Source: Prochlorococcus sp. AG-412-I05 (GTDB lineage: Bacteria > Cyanobacteriota > Cyanobacteriia > PCC-6307 > Cyanobiaceae). Taken from it: DNA of 64,000 nucleotides. The stretch spans positions 2,211 to 66,210 of the forward strand of contig QCLC01000005.1 of the NCBI GenBank assembly GCA_003214855.1, given 5' to 3'. This document shows positions 31,608 through 42,260 of the stretch, piece after piece. The stretch's first letter is position 1, and each line of letters begins with the position of its first letter. The notes below the pieces were generated by a model. That model did not search any database and was not told the origin of the DNA. It saw only the letters and a list, made by a program, of their open reading frames with translations. The position numbers and the translations under genes were made by a program.

Positions 31608-32774
31608 ATGCCGGGATACGAGCTAATGGGCTCAGAGGAACTCTTGGAAGTACAAGATGTTTTTAACCATGGCGGAGTTCTCTTTCGTCATGGTTTTGAC
31701 GCCATGCGCAACGATTGCTACAAGGTGCGCGAGTTTGAGCAGACTTTTGCCGCGCAGATGGGCGTGCCCCATGCGCTTGCCGTTAGTTCGGGCACTGCGG
31801 CTTTACGGGTCGCCTTAGCAGCGCTAGGTATCAGTAGGGGTGATGAGGTGATCACCCAGTGCTTTACTTTCGTCGCGACAGCGGAGGCGATTATCGAGTC
31901 TGGTGCGACACCTATTTGTACCGATATCGACCTCACGCTAAACATGGCCCCCGCGGACCTCGAGCGCCGGATCACGCCTCGCACCAAGGCTGTGATCATT
32001 GTGCATATGCTCGGCACACCGGCACGCCTGCCTGAGATAAGAGAGATCTGCCGTCAACGCGGCCTATCGCTAATCGAGGACACAGCCTGGGGATGTGGCG
32101 GCCATCTACAGGGACAATCACTTGGCTCTTGGGGTGATATAGGCACCTTTAGCTTCGACTTCGCTAAAACGATGACCACAGGGGAGGGTGGGATGTTGAT
32201 TTTCCGCGATGAACAGTTGTGGAGTAAAGCGGCGGCGTGGCACGACCACGGTCACGAGAACAATCCATCAGTGCCGCGCTGGGAGGATACCCGCTCGAGC
32301 AGCGGCTTCAACTACCGCATGATGGAATTGCAAGGTGCGATAGGCCTTGCTCAACTGAAAAAACTGCCGGAGGTGGTTGCCGCTCAGCGAGCTAACAAGA
32401 TGGATCTTTGGCAAGCGATCTTCGATCTTCCGGGAATCCAACCGCGAGTCGTGCCCGAGGGTTCCGCTGAAACTGCCGATGCTCTAGTCTTTCTGGTGCG
32501 CGATATGGCAACGGCACTTCGCTGTCGTGAGGAACTGCTCAAAGCTGGCTTAGCAACAAAAATCCTTCCCGAAGCCGTTACCTGGCATTTTGCTGGCACC
32601 TGGCACCACATGGCGGAACTCGTTCAAGCCCATGAGGGGCAGCTGGAAAAGGCATTTATGGCTTCCCACGCCATCCTCTCGCGCGCTGTGTCCTTGCCTG
32701 TGGGAGTCAGATTGACTCCCAACGCCACTAAAAAAGTGCGCCATGCCTTGGGCATAGCACTCTCAACTAATTAA
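31608..32774 (+). CDS. kdnA: DegT/DnrJ aminotransferase, KdnA-like (8-amino-Kdo transaminase family)
   Basis: Characteristic N-terminus MPGYELMGSEE...VLFRHGFDAMRN; SSGTAAL; FSFDFAKTMTTGEGG; DHGHEN. Confidence 0.8.
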   Translation: MPGYELMGSEELLEVQDVFNHGGVLFRHGFDAMRNDCYKVREFEQTFAAQMGVPHALAVSSGTAALRVALAALGISRGDEVITQCFTFVATAEAIIESGATPICTDIDLTLNMAPADLERRITPRTKAVIIVHMLGTPARLPEIREICRQRGLSLIEDTAWGCGGHLQGQSLGSWGDIGTFSFDFAKTMTTGEGGMLIFRDEQLWSKAAAWHDHGHENNPSVPRWEDTRSSSGFNYRMMELQGAIGLAQLKKLPEVVAAQRANKMDLWQAIFDLPGIQPRVVPEGSAETADALVFLVRDMATALRCREELLKAGLATKILPEAVTWHFAGTWHHMAELVQAHEGQLEKAFMASHAILSRAVSLPVGVRLTPNATKKVRHALGIALSTN

Positions 32775-32781
32775 TAGATCG

Positions 32782-33477
32782 ATGAAACAACTACCCAACA
32801 ATCCAATGATCGCGGTGGTTGTGGCTGCTTATAACCAGGAAAAATTCATCGGCCGCTGCCTGCGTTCTCTCTTGCACCAGACCCTTCCCCAAAACACATA
32901 CGAGATCATTGTTGTTAATGATGGCAGCACTGACCTTACGCCCTACGCCCTGACACAATTTTGCGACGCCAATGACTCAATCGTGAACGTCATTAGCCAT
33001 GACACCAACAGAGGCTTGCCTGCGGCCTTGAACACGGGGATTCAAAATGCCCGTGGCCCTTACATCGTACGCGTGGATGCTGACGATTTCGTAAACGTAA
33101 ACTTCCTCAACTTCCTTTACTACTACCTTGAAACCAATGTCCATGTAGACGCAGTCGCCTGTGACTATCTATTGCTTAATGATGATGAAATATTATTGGA
33201 ACGTTGCTCCTGCCACGAGAAGCCAATCGCTTGTGGGATCATGTTCCGTAAGGAGCATTTGTTTGAAATCGGTCTTTACGACGAAGAATTTCGCTGCCAA
33301 GAGGAACGCGAACTGCGCATTCGTTTTGAAAAGAAATACAAGATTCATCGACTCGAACTACCTCTCTACCGCTACCGCAAGCACTCAAACAATATCACTC
33401 GTGATGCTCGGATGATGGAGCAGCATCACCTCAAGCTGATGGAGAAACATAAACATGACTCAAACCCAACACACTGA
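32782..33477 (+). CDS. GT2 family glycosyltransferase
   Basis: VVVAAYNQE, IIVVNDGSTD, NRGLPAALN, VRVDADD. Confidence 0.9.
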   Translation: MKQLPNNPMIAVVVAAYNQEKFIGRCLRSLLHQTLPQNTYEIIVVNDGSTDLTPYALTQFCDANDSIVNVISHDTNRGLPAALNTGIQNARGPYIVRVDADDFVNVNFLNFLYYYLETNVHVDAVACDYLLLNDDEILLERCSCHEKPIACGIMFRKEHLFEIGLYDEEFRCQEERELRIRFEKKYKIHRLELPLYRYRKHSNNITRDARMMEQHHLKLMEKHKHDSNPTH

Positions 33478-34195
33478 GCAGCCGATAGCTACTCAAGGGA
33501 AATTGGTCGTCGCCATTGTGCAGGCACGCATGGGCGCCAGCAGGCTCCCCAATAAAATGATGCTTTGGATGAACGGTCTGCCGATAGCAGGCTGGGTATT
33601 GCACCGGCTAAGGCAAGCGAAACGAATCAATCGGATTGTGTTTGCCTTGCCCAACACGGCACCTGACGATGTGCTGGCTGAATATCTGCAATCAGAAGGG
33701 GCGACGGTCTTCCGTGGTGCTGAGCAAGACGTGCTTGGGAGATTCTTCTATGCGGCTAAAGCCTTTGCCGCAGACAAGGTCGTAAGAGTCTGCGCGGACA
33801 ACCCATTGGTAACAGGATCTGAGATCGACCGTCTCATAGGCATTTTCGAGAGTCAAGGTTATGACTATGCCTACAATCATATCCCTCTTGATAACTTCTA
33901 CCCAGATGGACTGGGCGCAGAAGTCACTCATTTCACTGTGTTGCAGACATTGCATCGCGAGGCAGAGCTGCCCGAACATCGTGAGCATGTTTTCAATTAT
34001 CTCTGGGCGCATAAAGAGCGATTCCAGATCGGCACCTGCGACCCTGCAGATGCTGCCTTAGCCCATCCAGAACTGAAACTAGATATTGACACATTGAACG
34101 ACTACCAACGACTACTACAAATGCCTGTCAAACCAGAAAGTACGGCACGTGAAATCGTCGCGGCAGCACTGGCAGCAAAGAGGAGAGCCCAATGA
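33455..34195 (+). CDS. SpsF-like cytidylyltransferase
   Basis: IVQARMGASRLPNK, FRGAEQDVLGRF, VRVCADNPL, PDGLGAE, HREHV, LDIDT. Confidence 0.88.
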   Translation: MTQTQHTEQPIATQGKLVVAIVQARMGASRLPNKMMLWMNGLPIAGWVLHRLRQAKRINRIVFALPNTAPDDVLAEYLQSEGATVFRGAEQDVLGRFFYAAKAFAADKVVRVCADNPLVTGSEIDRLIGIFESQGYDYAYNHIPLDNFYPDGLGAEVTHFTVLQTLHREAELPEHREHVFNYLWAHKERFQIGTCDPADAALAHPELKLDIDTLNDYQRLLQMPVKPESTAREIVAAALAAKRRAQ

Positions 34196-35256
34196 ATTTG
34201 CGAAATCTGATCGAACATCATCGACCTGGAGAGAACCATTTAATCTCTCGCCCCTATCTGATCGCAGAGGCCGGTGTGAACCACGAGGGAAGCCTAGATC
34301 TTGCGAGACGCCTGATTGATGAGGCCAAGGAGGGTGGTGCTGACGCGATAAAATTTCAAACGTACAAGGCATCTACCATTGCGTCAAAAGATTCACCGTC
34401 CTATTGGGATCTCACTAAGGAACCTACAGATAGTCAGTATAAACTTTTTCAGAAATACGACAAATTCTGGAAATCTGAATTTGAGGCTCTGGCGGAACAT
34501 TGCCAAAATGTAAATATTGAGTTCCTGAGTACTCCTTTTGACATCGAATCAGCTCGATTCCTAAATGATCTGATGCCCGTATTCAAAATCTCTTCATCCG
34601 ATTTAAATAATAAACCGTTTATTAATTTCCTATGTCAATTCGGCAAGCCCATCATCCTCTCTACCGGTGCTTCCTATCTGTGGGAAGTGGAACAGAGCCT
34701 GAATTGGATCGAAACTCACGGCAATCCGGTTGCCTTGCTGCATTGCATCCTTAATTATCCAACAGACGATGCCAACGCAAATCTGGCAATGATAAAGGGC
34801 CTGGCGCACAAGTTCCCGGATCGGTTGATTGGCTATTCGGACCATACCCTGCCAAAAGACATGAAAACACTTGAAGTGGCGACACTAATGGGAGCACGGA
34901 TCATTGAAAAGCACTTCAGCCATGACAAAACCTTGACTGGAAACGATCACTATCACGCAATGGACAAGGATGATCTCAAGCGATTCCATGCCAGAATGGA
35001 TACATCTCTAGCACTGCTGGGCAGTGATACTCGCACGCCGCTGTCAAGCGAGAAGATATCCCGCACGAATGCTCGGCGGAGCTTAGTAGCCGCACGATCC
35101 ATCTCTGCAGGTTCCAATATCGTTGCAGAAGACATCACCTGGAAGCGACCTGGCACGGGAATAGACCCACGTGAATACGAACATCTATTAACTAAAACAG
35201 CTCTCCAAAATATCAAAGAAGATACGGTTCTTACTTGGGGTCTTTTTGATGATTGA
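34192..35256 (+). CDS. neuB: Second, intact nonulosonate synthase (NeuB/SpsE family)
   Basis: LIAEAGVNHEG, ADAIKFQTY, FLSTPFD, KISSSD, HCILNYPT, GYSDHT, IEKHF; C-terminal SAF domain KRPGTGI. Confidence 0.92.
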   Translation: MNLRNLIEHHRPGENHLISRPYLIAEAGVNHEGSLDLARRLIDEAKEGGADAIKFQTYKASTIASKDSPSYWDLTKEPTDSQYKLFQKYDKFWKSEFEALAEHCQNVNIEFLSTPFDIESARFLNDLMPVFKISSSDLNNKPFINFLCQFGKPIILSTGASYLWEVEQSLNWIETHGNPVALLHCILNYPTDDANANLAMIKGLAHKFPDRLIGYSDHTLPKDMKTLEVATLMGARIIEKHFSHDKTLTGNDHYHAMDKDDLKRFHARMDTSLALLGSDTRTPLSSEKISRTNARRSLVAARSISAGSNIVAEDITWKRPGTGIDPREYEHLLTKTALQNIKEDTVLTWGLFDD

Positions 35257-36547
35257 CGTCGCAGATGAGCTTGATCAATACCTGCATCGGCTTTTTCCTC
35301 TATGTCGCAGTCTGAGCGGGGAGCCAAATCGCGAGACGCTACGCATTATTCAAGAAATTGTACCACTAACAATTCATGAAGTTGAAAGTGGCACCTCAGT
35401 TTATGACTGGGTTATCCCTGACGAGTGGACAGTAAGAGATGCGTGGATCGCAGATACATCAGGTCATCGAATTGTCGATTTTAAGGAAAACAATCTTCAC
35501 TTGGTCAGCTATAGCACACCCATAAATTCAAAACTCCATTGGGCACAGTTAAAGGGCCATGTCCATAAACACCCACAGTTACCTAATGCTATACCTTACC
35601 GAACAAGCTACTATCGTCCTGACTGGGGCTTTTGTGTAACTGACGCGCAATACCAGCTATTAGCCAATTGCACTGAACCACTGACTGTTGTGATTGAAAC
35701 GGAACTGAAGCCAGGCTCAATGAGTTACGGTGAATATCTTCTTCCGGGAAATTCAAAGCAGGAAATACTGATTTCTTGTTACATTTGCCATCCATCAATG
35801 GCAAATGACAATTTAAGCGGTGTTCTGCTAACAGCATTCTTAGCAAGATATCTTTCCAAAAGAAAGAAAAGGCAATGGAGTTATCGCATAATATTTGTAC
35901 CAGAAACTATCGGAGCAATTGCTTATTGCGCGAGAAATGAGACAGCAATAAATGCTATTGATTTCGGTCTTGTCGTCACAACCGTAGGAGGGCCAGGAAA
36001 ACTTGGCTACAAACAGAGTTACAATTCCATGCATCCTATTAATGCAATTATTGAGACTATACTTGCTAAAAAGGAGAAAGACTTTATTACATACCCCTTT
36101 GATATCCACGGTAGTGACGAACGACAATACTCTAGTCAAGCATTTCGGATCAATACAGCCACCATTTGCCGTGATAGATATTACGAATATTCCTACTACC
36201 ATTCTTCCCTGGATGACCTGAGTTTTGTAAATGGCTCTCAAGTGGCTCTAACATACGATATTTACGTTGAATTAATAGACACTCTAGAAGAGCTTAAATA
36301 TTACAAAAGCCAAAACCAATCTTGCGAGGTGATGCTATCCCGTCACAAACTTTATCCAAGCATAGGAGGCGCTCGGAATCCTGAGCATGAAACTTTAACT
36401 GAGAATGACATTATACTATGGCTACTATTTCTTAGCGATGGGAAAATGCCTATCCAATTAATTGCCAAAAAGCTTAATATTAAAATGGCATACTTACAAC
36501 ATATAGTTGATAAGTTGATTGCTCGTGGGCTTCTATCAGAAGTTTAA
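35249..36547 (+). CDS. DUF4910-type aminopeptidase-like (M28 fold) protein with C-terminal HTH
   Basis: LFPLCRSLSG, DWVIPDEW, AIPYRTSYY, CHPSMANDNLSG, PETIGAI, GSDERQY, YHSSLDD. Confidence 0.85.
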   Translation: MIDVADELDQYLHRLFPLCRSLSGEPNRETLRIIQEIVPLTIHEVESGTSVYDWVIPDEWTVRDAWIADTSGHRIVDFKENNLHLVSYSTPINSKLHWAQLKGHVHKHPQLPNAIPYRTSYYRPDWGFCVTDAQYQLLANCTEPLTVVIETELKPGSMSYGEYLLPGNSKQEILISCYICHPSMANDNLSGVLLTAFLARYLSKRKKRQWSYRIIFVPETIGAIAYCARNETAINAIDFGLVVTTVGGPGKLGYKQSYNSMHPINAIIETILAKKEKDFITYPFDIHGSDERQYSSQAFRINTATICRDRYYEYSYYHSSLDDLSFVNGSQVALTYDIYVELIDTLEELKYYKSQNQSCEVMLSRHKLYPSIGGARNPEHETLTENDIILWLLFLSDGKMPIQLIAKKLNIKMAYLQHIVDKLIARGLLSEV

Positions 36548-36548
36548 A

Positions 36549-37373
36549 ATGAAAATTCTTATACTATCAGGCAGCCATCCACGACATCTTTATATTCATA
36601 AAGAGATTCTCAATTCAGGTCACGATTGCGCTGCGATCATAATGCATCGTGAAAATCTATTACCTATAGCTCCTACAGGGACATCAGATGAAGTAAACAA
36701 ACTTTTTAAATTTCACTTTAGTGAACGCTTTAAGGTCGAGAGTAAATATTTCGGCAACATTAGTCCAAGGGAGATTTTTTCTGATATTCCAAGCATTTAC
36801 TGCAATCCAAAGGAACTAAATTCATCTAAGGTTGCAGATTATGCGCGCCATTTTGGTGCCGATCTCGCATTTATTTTTGGTACAGACCTGATCAAAAGAC
36901 CACTTTTTGATGCACTTCCATCTACTAAGATTAATCTACACTTGGGATTGTCTCCTTGGTATCGAGGTTCAGCAACTTTATTTTGGCCGTTTTACTTTTT
37001 AGAACCACAGTTTGCTGGAGCAACATTTCATCAAATTGTTCCTGAAGCAGATGCTGGAGCTGTCCTTCACCAGTTTGCAACGCCATTATATATGGGAGAT
37101 GGAATACATGATGTAGGCACACGCACAGTATTGCAGGCTCGTAAAGACCTGAAGGAATTACTTACAGGCATTGATAGAGAAGGTTGGATTTACGCTGAGC
37201 AAAAAACTAGTGGGCGTATTTTTTTAACCAGTAATTTTCAAGCTGAACATTTACGTGTTATATACCAGACATATGAAAATAATATCGTTGATCATTATCT
37301 CAATGGTCATCTTGCGCAGCGTGTCCCTAATTTGATCAGATCACAACTAGTGCAGACCTGTTCTGTAAATTAG
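36549..37373 (+). CDS. Formyltransferase-family protein
   Basis: INLHLGLSPWYRGSATLFWP, GATFHQIVPEADAG. Confidence 0.85.
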   Translation: MKILILSGSHPRHLYIHKEILNSGHDCAAIIMHRENLLPIAPTGTSDEVNKLFKFHFSERFKVESKYFGNISPREIFSDIPSIYCNPKELNSSKVADYARHFGADLAFIFGTDLIKRPLFDALPSTKINLHLGLSPWYRGSATLFWPFYFLEPQFAGATFHQIVPEADAGAVLHQFATPLYMGDGIHDVGTRTVLQARKDLKELLTGIDREGWIYAEQKTSGRIFLTSNFQAEHLRVIYQTYENNIVDHYLNGHLAQRVPNLIRSQLVQTCSVN

Positions 37374-37822
37374 AATTAATGATCTGTTCATGAATATTTC
37401 AAACAACCTGCCAAAAACGGGATTCCCAAAACAAGGGGACATCAAGGATGATTTAAAAGATTGATAGTATTTACTCGGATGCTTCAGATAGATAAAGAGC
37501 TTAAATTAAAAAGAGTGAAGTACGTTTCAAAATTAACACAACTTGACGGGGAGGTTTATGCAAAGTTATTCTTATTTTTGCCGAATCCATGTCTATTTTA
37601 GTAGCGGTTTAGATGTTTCCTTTAACCATATATTGTCAGTTTCAATAAGAGAAGACTGATGGATAGCATTAAGACGCTACCGGTCAGAGTTATGGAAATA
37701 GATCTGGTGAGTATTTTCTACTGAACAAGATTTTAGTTGCTAAGAGTAGTCAAATGGCTGCTGGCGTTGCATTAAAGTAGTAAACTTAAGTTTCTGTCAA
37801 TTGCACAAGTTTACCGGATGAC

Positions 37823-39769
37823 ATGAAAATTGCTAGTATGCGATTATTAGAGAAAAGACAAGCCTATCCATCCAATAATTTCATGAAGACTCTTCTGATC
37901 ACCATTCCTATAAGACCCACTCCATCAGAGTTCCCGCCGATTGGCATGCTTTCAATAATGCAAGCAATGAGAAAAGCTGGTATTGATAATTTCGAATTTT
38001 ATAATATTGATGGGAATAGGCCTTCGTATAAAGATGCCTTAAAATATATTATCCGAGCAAATCCAGACATTATTTTTATTAGCGCTGTGGTTTCTACATC
38101 ATATTCCTATATAAAGAATATTACTCGGGACATACGTTCCTCATTGCCAAATGTATTAATTGTCGTAGGAGGGTCTATGGCTGCAAGCGCAGAAATATTA
38201 CTAAAGAGAACAAATGTCGATATTTGCGTAACAGGCGAAGGTGAAATCACCAATTGTAATATCATAAAGCAATTTAGTAAAACAAGGGATATTAAAGACT
38301 TGGTCAATATTCGAGGCATTGTGATGCTCATAGATAACAGGCTGCTTAACACCGGTTATGAAGAGCAAATATCCAAAGAACATGTTTATGATATTGATTG
38401 GGAAGACCTAGAAAAAAGCTCAGATATTAATCAATTTATGGTGCCCGCCTTTAATAGAGAGGGAGAGGCATGTGCTTGGTTCAAGAATGATCAGAGGACT
38501 TATGAACCTCACAGAAAAAATAAAACGGTAGCCTCTCTGCCTTGCTCTAAAGGCTGCATCGCTAGGTGTACCTTTTGCCATCGTTTCACATCAGGCATTA
38601 GATATATTCCCAATGAAATTATAGAGCAACGCATAGTACAACTTATCAAAAAATATAATGTTGGCTTTATAAGCATAGTGGATGAAAACTTTGGTACTGA
38701 CAAAAGATGGTTAAACAATTTCTGCTCGATGATTAAAAAGTATGATTTATTATGGAGAGTAGCTGGTATGAGAGTAAACACCTCATCACCAGAAAAGATG
38801 CAAATGATGAAAGACTCGGGATGTACTACAGCAATTTATGGCATGGAAACAGGTAGTCCAACTATATTAAAAGTAATGGAGAAAAGAGTCCATATTGAAG
38901 ATAATTACAATGCGATCAAATGGACAGTCGAGTCAGGGCTAGACACAACAATACAGCTAATTGTAGGCATGCCCGGAGAAACACCTGAAACTATTGCAGA
39001 AACCTGTCGCTTTGTTAAATATGGCATGTCTCTTAGCCCTGAACAATTCCCCAATAATACAAGTATCAACTACGCTCAAGCATTACCTGGAACACCACTT
39101 TATGAATATGCAAGAAATAATAAACTAATTGGCCAGGGTCTTCAAGGGGAAGAGGATTACCTGATTTCAATTTCAGATAAAGATGCTGCGGATGAATTAA
39201 CAACACTTAATTTCACTAAGTCTCCCAAGTTACTAGTCGAAACATGGAAGTCATTAATCACAATAGAAGTGAATTACCATTATGTCAAAAAATATGGTTT
39301 GCATCATTATTATAAAAAACTATTGCAATCATCCGATAAATACAAAGAAACAGAGATTGGGGGGAAAACATCTGAACAAAAAGTTTTTCTTGACTCAAGC
39401 TTTACATTTAATATCGATGACAACGCGAGGACGCGCCTTAAGTTCAATCGAAAGGATGAAGTTCCAAGCATTATTGAACTTTTCAAGAAAAAGTATTTTG
39501 GTCTGTTAATTATATGTTACCCAAGGCTTGCCTATAGGCTAAGAATGCTGTTACCTGTTGCGCAACTTCTCATGCATATTTCAAAATCTCGCTATGTTTA
39601 TTCTGCCAAGATATCTTTAGAATATCTCAAGTACGCAGTATCTAAAATTGCAAGATTTAACCATAGAAACCATGGACCAAATATATCCCTACGTAAGTTA
39701 ACAAACCCCAATATAGGTCAGCTCTATGAAGACAACTTTGATCTACTAGAGTTAAGGAAAGGGCGCTAA
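37823..39769 (+). CDS. B12-binding radical SAM protein (class B methylase-like)
   Basis: Cobalamin-binding N-terminus (FPPIGM, ISAVVST, VVGG, GEGE); CxxxCxxC in KGCIARCTFC; DENF, GMETGS, VGMPGET, PGTPLYE. Start may be ATG 37883. Confidence 0.9.
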   Translation: MKIASMRLLEKRQAYPSNNFMKTLLITIPIRPTPSEFPPIGMLSIMQAMRKAGIDNFEFYNIDGNRPSYKDALKYIIRANPDIIFISAVVSTSYSYIKNITRDIRSSLPNVLIVVGGSMAASAEILLKRTNVDICVTGEGEITNCNIIKQFSKTRDIKDLVNIRGIVMLIDNRLLNTGYEEQISKEHVYDIDWEDLEKSSDINQFMVPAFNREGEACAWFKNDQRTYEPHRKNKTVASLPCSKGCIARCTFCHRFTSGIRYIPNEIIEQRIVQLIKKYNVGFISIVDENFGTDKRWLNNFCSMIKKYDLLWRVAGMRVNTSSPEKMQMMKDSGCTTAIYGMETGSPTILKVMEKRVHIEDNYNAIKWTVESGLDTTIQLIVGMPGETPETIAETCRFVKYGMSLSPEQFPNNTSINYAQALPGTPLYEYARNNKLIGQGLQGEEDYLISISDKDAADELTTLNFTKSPKLLVETWKSLITIEVNYHYVKKYGLHHYYKKLLQSSDKYKETEIGGKTSEQKVFLDSSFTFNIDDNARTRLKFNRKDEVPSIIELFKKKYFGLLIICYPRLAYRLRMLLPVAQLLMHISKSRYVYSAKISLEYLKYAVSKIARFNHRNHGPNISLRKLTNPNIGQLYEDNFDLLELRKGR

Positions 39770-40388
39770 TAAATCATAGCTTTCAGTGGGGAATTATATA
39801 ACTTCCTGACTCAATAAGCATGCCTCACTTAAACTTATCAAGAGAATTTAATGCGTGGTTCGGAAAATATATTGGATCCTCATAAGGAAGAGCGAGGAAA
39901 TAGAAACCCATGTCAATTGGGGCAGATGAGCAAAACAAATACGAACTGATAAATGCAATGTACATTAGAGTATGTATGTGATGGTTAATCATATATACAA
40001 ACACTTCAACAAGCCTTTGATCTATGTCTCTAACTTCCACTTGAGTAGGAAATACATTCAAGAACTACAGGAAAGTTAAGGTGGTTTGTCTGTTTTGCAG
40101 GACAGGTCCCATCGTTAGTCTTTGAGGCGGGATACCGCCCCTGATAGGGGCTCCCATCGAACTTACTTATATAATATGAGGCATAGGCCTTATTCCCATA
40201 CACCAACCACTATCAAAGCAGAAAATCCCATGCGCATGTTTCTGCAATTTGGCCATTAGAGGCCACACATATATTATAAAACAAAGAAATGTAAATATAT
40301 TTTCCGCAATAATTGCATTTGCGCAAATGGCCCAATACAATTTAATTGATAATTTTTTTATTTTGAGAATCTTTTCAATCAATATTAA

Positions 40389-41981
40389 ATGTGTTCTTCA
40401 AGGTTGAATTGGGACAAAAACCTTATTCGTCAAAGTCTCGACAAGGTTTACGAATGTCGAGCACAAGTCCAACCTTTTCTTACACTTTTATTAAACGAAT
40501 ACCATAGAAAAGATAATTCCTATCAATACTACGACCTTATTTTGGGTGATTGGCTTGATACCTTTCTTCAACTAGCATATGTGGCATGGCTAGAGCATAA
40601 ACTCAATTCTCCAGGTGGCTCAATACACTCTTTAACTATCCCATTGCCAAGTAATCCTGAAGATTTTAAAAGATTACACCTAAACTATGATGCCGCCCTA
40701 CAAAATCACCTGGCTTGGGCAACATCTGCAATATGCGATGGCGAAAAGCCGCAAAAATCCTGGTTTGCCAAAGAATCGACATTGATCTCAACTAATCTAG
40801 ATTCTAATTGGACTATAACTAAAGCCCTATGCGAAGGTATCTGTACTAATAAACCTAAATTAATTATTACTGCTGCGTATTGGAAATGTACAAAAATCGA
40901 AAAGTTATATGCTCTCTGGAAATGGCGTAGTTGGGCAAGGTTTGATGATATGCAATATCCAATTACTATTGCAACCCATATAAATATTAATTGGAGGATA
41001 CACGCTTCTTCTAATTTCAGAAGCATTAGTGGTTTTCAGGATCTAGTATGCGCTCTTTTGCCTCTTTACCTTCCGGTTGTGTTTTTGGAAGGTTTCAACT
41101 TATACCGGGAAAAAGCTTTAAATCTCTCTTTACATAGACCAAAGGCCATGTTCTCTGCTAATGCACTTTATGAAAATTTGATATTCAAATTATATGCTGC
41201 AGAATGGCAGAAAGAGGGTACCAAATTACTTTATGGGCAACATGGAGGTGGATATGGAATAAACCACTCACATATAATCGAAGAATATGAGACACGAGTT
41301 TCATCATGTTTTTATAGCTGGGGTTGGGAACGAGATGATCGATTAGTAAAGCCACTTGCTCCACCATTGCCGCGAATTTCCAAAAATAAAACCATAAAAA
41401 TTCTCCTTATTTTGGTTAGTTATCCAAAATATATCTACCGAATTCACTACCATTCGATGGGGAGCCAAATACCCTTGTTACATAATGAGGTATGCGAGTT
41501 CCTCCATAATCTTAGTGACCACAAACAAATGATGATTCGTGGATATCCATATGATTACGGCTGGGGTGAAACTTCCAAAATTCGCAATGCTGCTCCCGAA
41601 GCAATGTTTGATATCAAACGACCTTCACCCTTTATAAGATTTGCCCAAAGTCAACTAGTTGTTCACAGCTATCTTTGTACTTCATACCTAGAAACGCTTG
41701 CCCTAAATATTCCTACAGTTTGCTTTTACAATCCCATTGTAAACTCCTTTGATGCCAAAGCTCAGCCATTAATTAATGAGTTAGAGCATAATTCAATACT
41801 TCATCGATCAGGTAAAGATGCAGCTCGATTTGTATCAAGCATCTCTGAGAATCCTTTGAATTGGTGGTTTAAAGCAAATGTCCAAGAAGCAAGATCTAAC
41901 TTTGTACGCCATTACGCAAACTTCTCTGAACACTGGTTGCAAGAATGGGAAGAAGAATTTAAGTTCCAAATTCAAGCCTAA
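40389..41981 (+). CDS. LIC12162-type putative transferase (surface carbohydrate)
   Basis: LNEYH...LILGDWL, LPVVFLEGF, GQHGGGYG, YSWGW, TSYLETLALNIPTV, WW...VQEAR. Confidence 0.7.
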   Translation: MCSSRLNWDKNLIRQSLDKVYECRAQVQPFLTLLLNEYHRKDNSYQYYDLILGDWLDTFLQLAYVAWLEHKLNSPGGSIHSLTIPLPSNPEDFKRLHLNYDAALQNHLAWATSAICDGEKPQKSWFAKESTLISTNLDSNWTITKALCEGICTNKPKLIITAAYWKCTKIEKLYALWKWRSWARFDDMQYPITIATHININWRIHASSNFRSISGFQDLVCALLPLYLPVVFLEGFNLYREKALNLSLHRPKAMFSANALYENLIFKLYAAEWQKEGTKLLYGQHGGGYGINHSHIIEEYETRVSSCFYSWGWERDDRLVKPLAPPLPRISKNKTIKILLILVSYPKYIYRIHYHSMGSQIPLLHNEVCEFLHNLSDHKQMMIRGYPYDYGWGETSKIRNAAPEAMFDIKRPSPFIRFAQSQLVVHSYLCTSYLETLALNIPTVCFYNPIVNSFDAKAQPLINELEHNSILHRSGKDAARFVSSISENPLNWWFKANVQEARSNFVRHYANFSEHWLQEWEEEFKFQIQA

Positions 41982-42260
41982 TAGAATATATTTTATTGTT
42001 TCTTGCCTTCTGTAAAGAAAATAACAATGCAGAACTGAAGTGTACGAGACACGGCCTATTTTAATTTTTCTGAGGAGCTTGTGTAGGTTGGATGCAGTCC
42101 CTGAATAAGCAGTATTAATCCAAAGAAACAGATCGCTCTATGGTAATTTCGCTTCTTTTATGGCTCAATAGTACGACATCCCCTTTATGAAAGTCAGCCC
42201 GCTAGATGTTCTGTCAGAGCACATTGTTCAACTGACTAGCATGTATAAAGCCGCTAAGGG

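Noticed and set aside
39770-40388. Short hairpin GGCGGGATACCGCC (~40126) as an ops/JUMPstart element or terminator
   Set aside because: It does not match ops (GGCGGTAG) and has no U-tract; support is insufficient.
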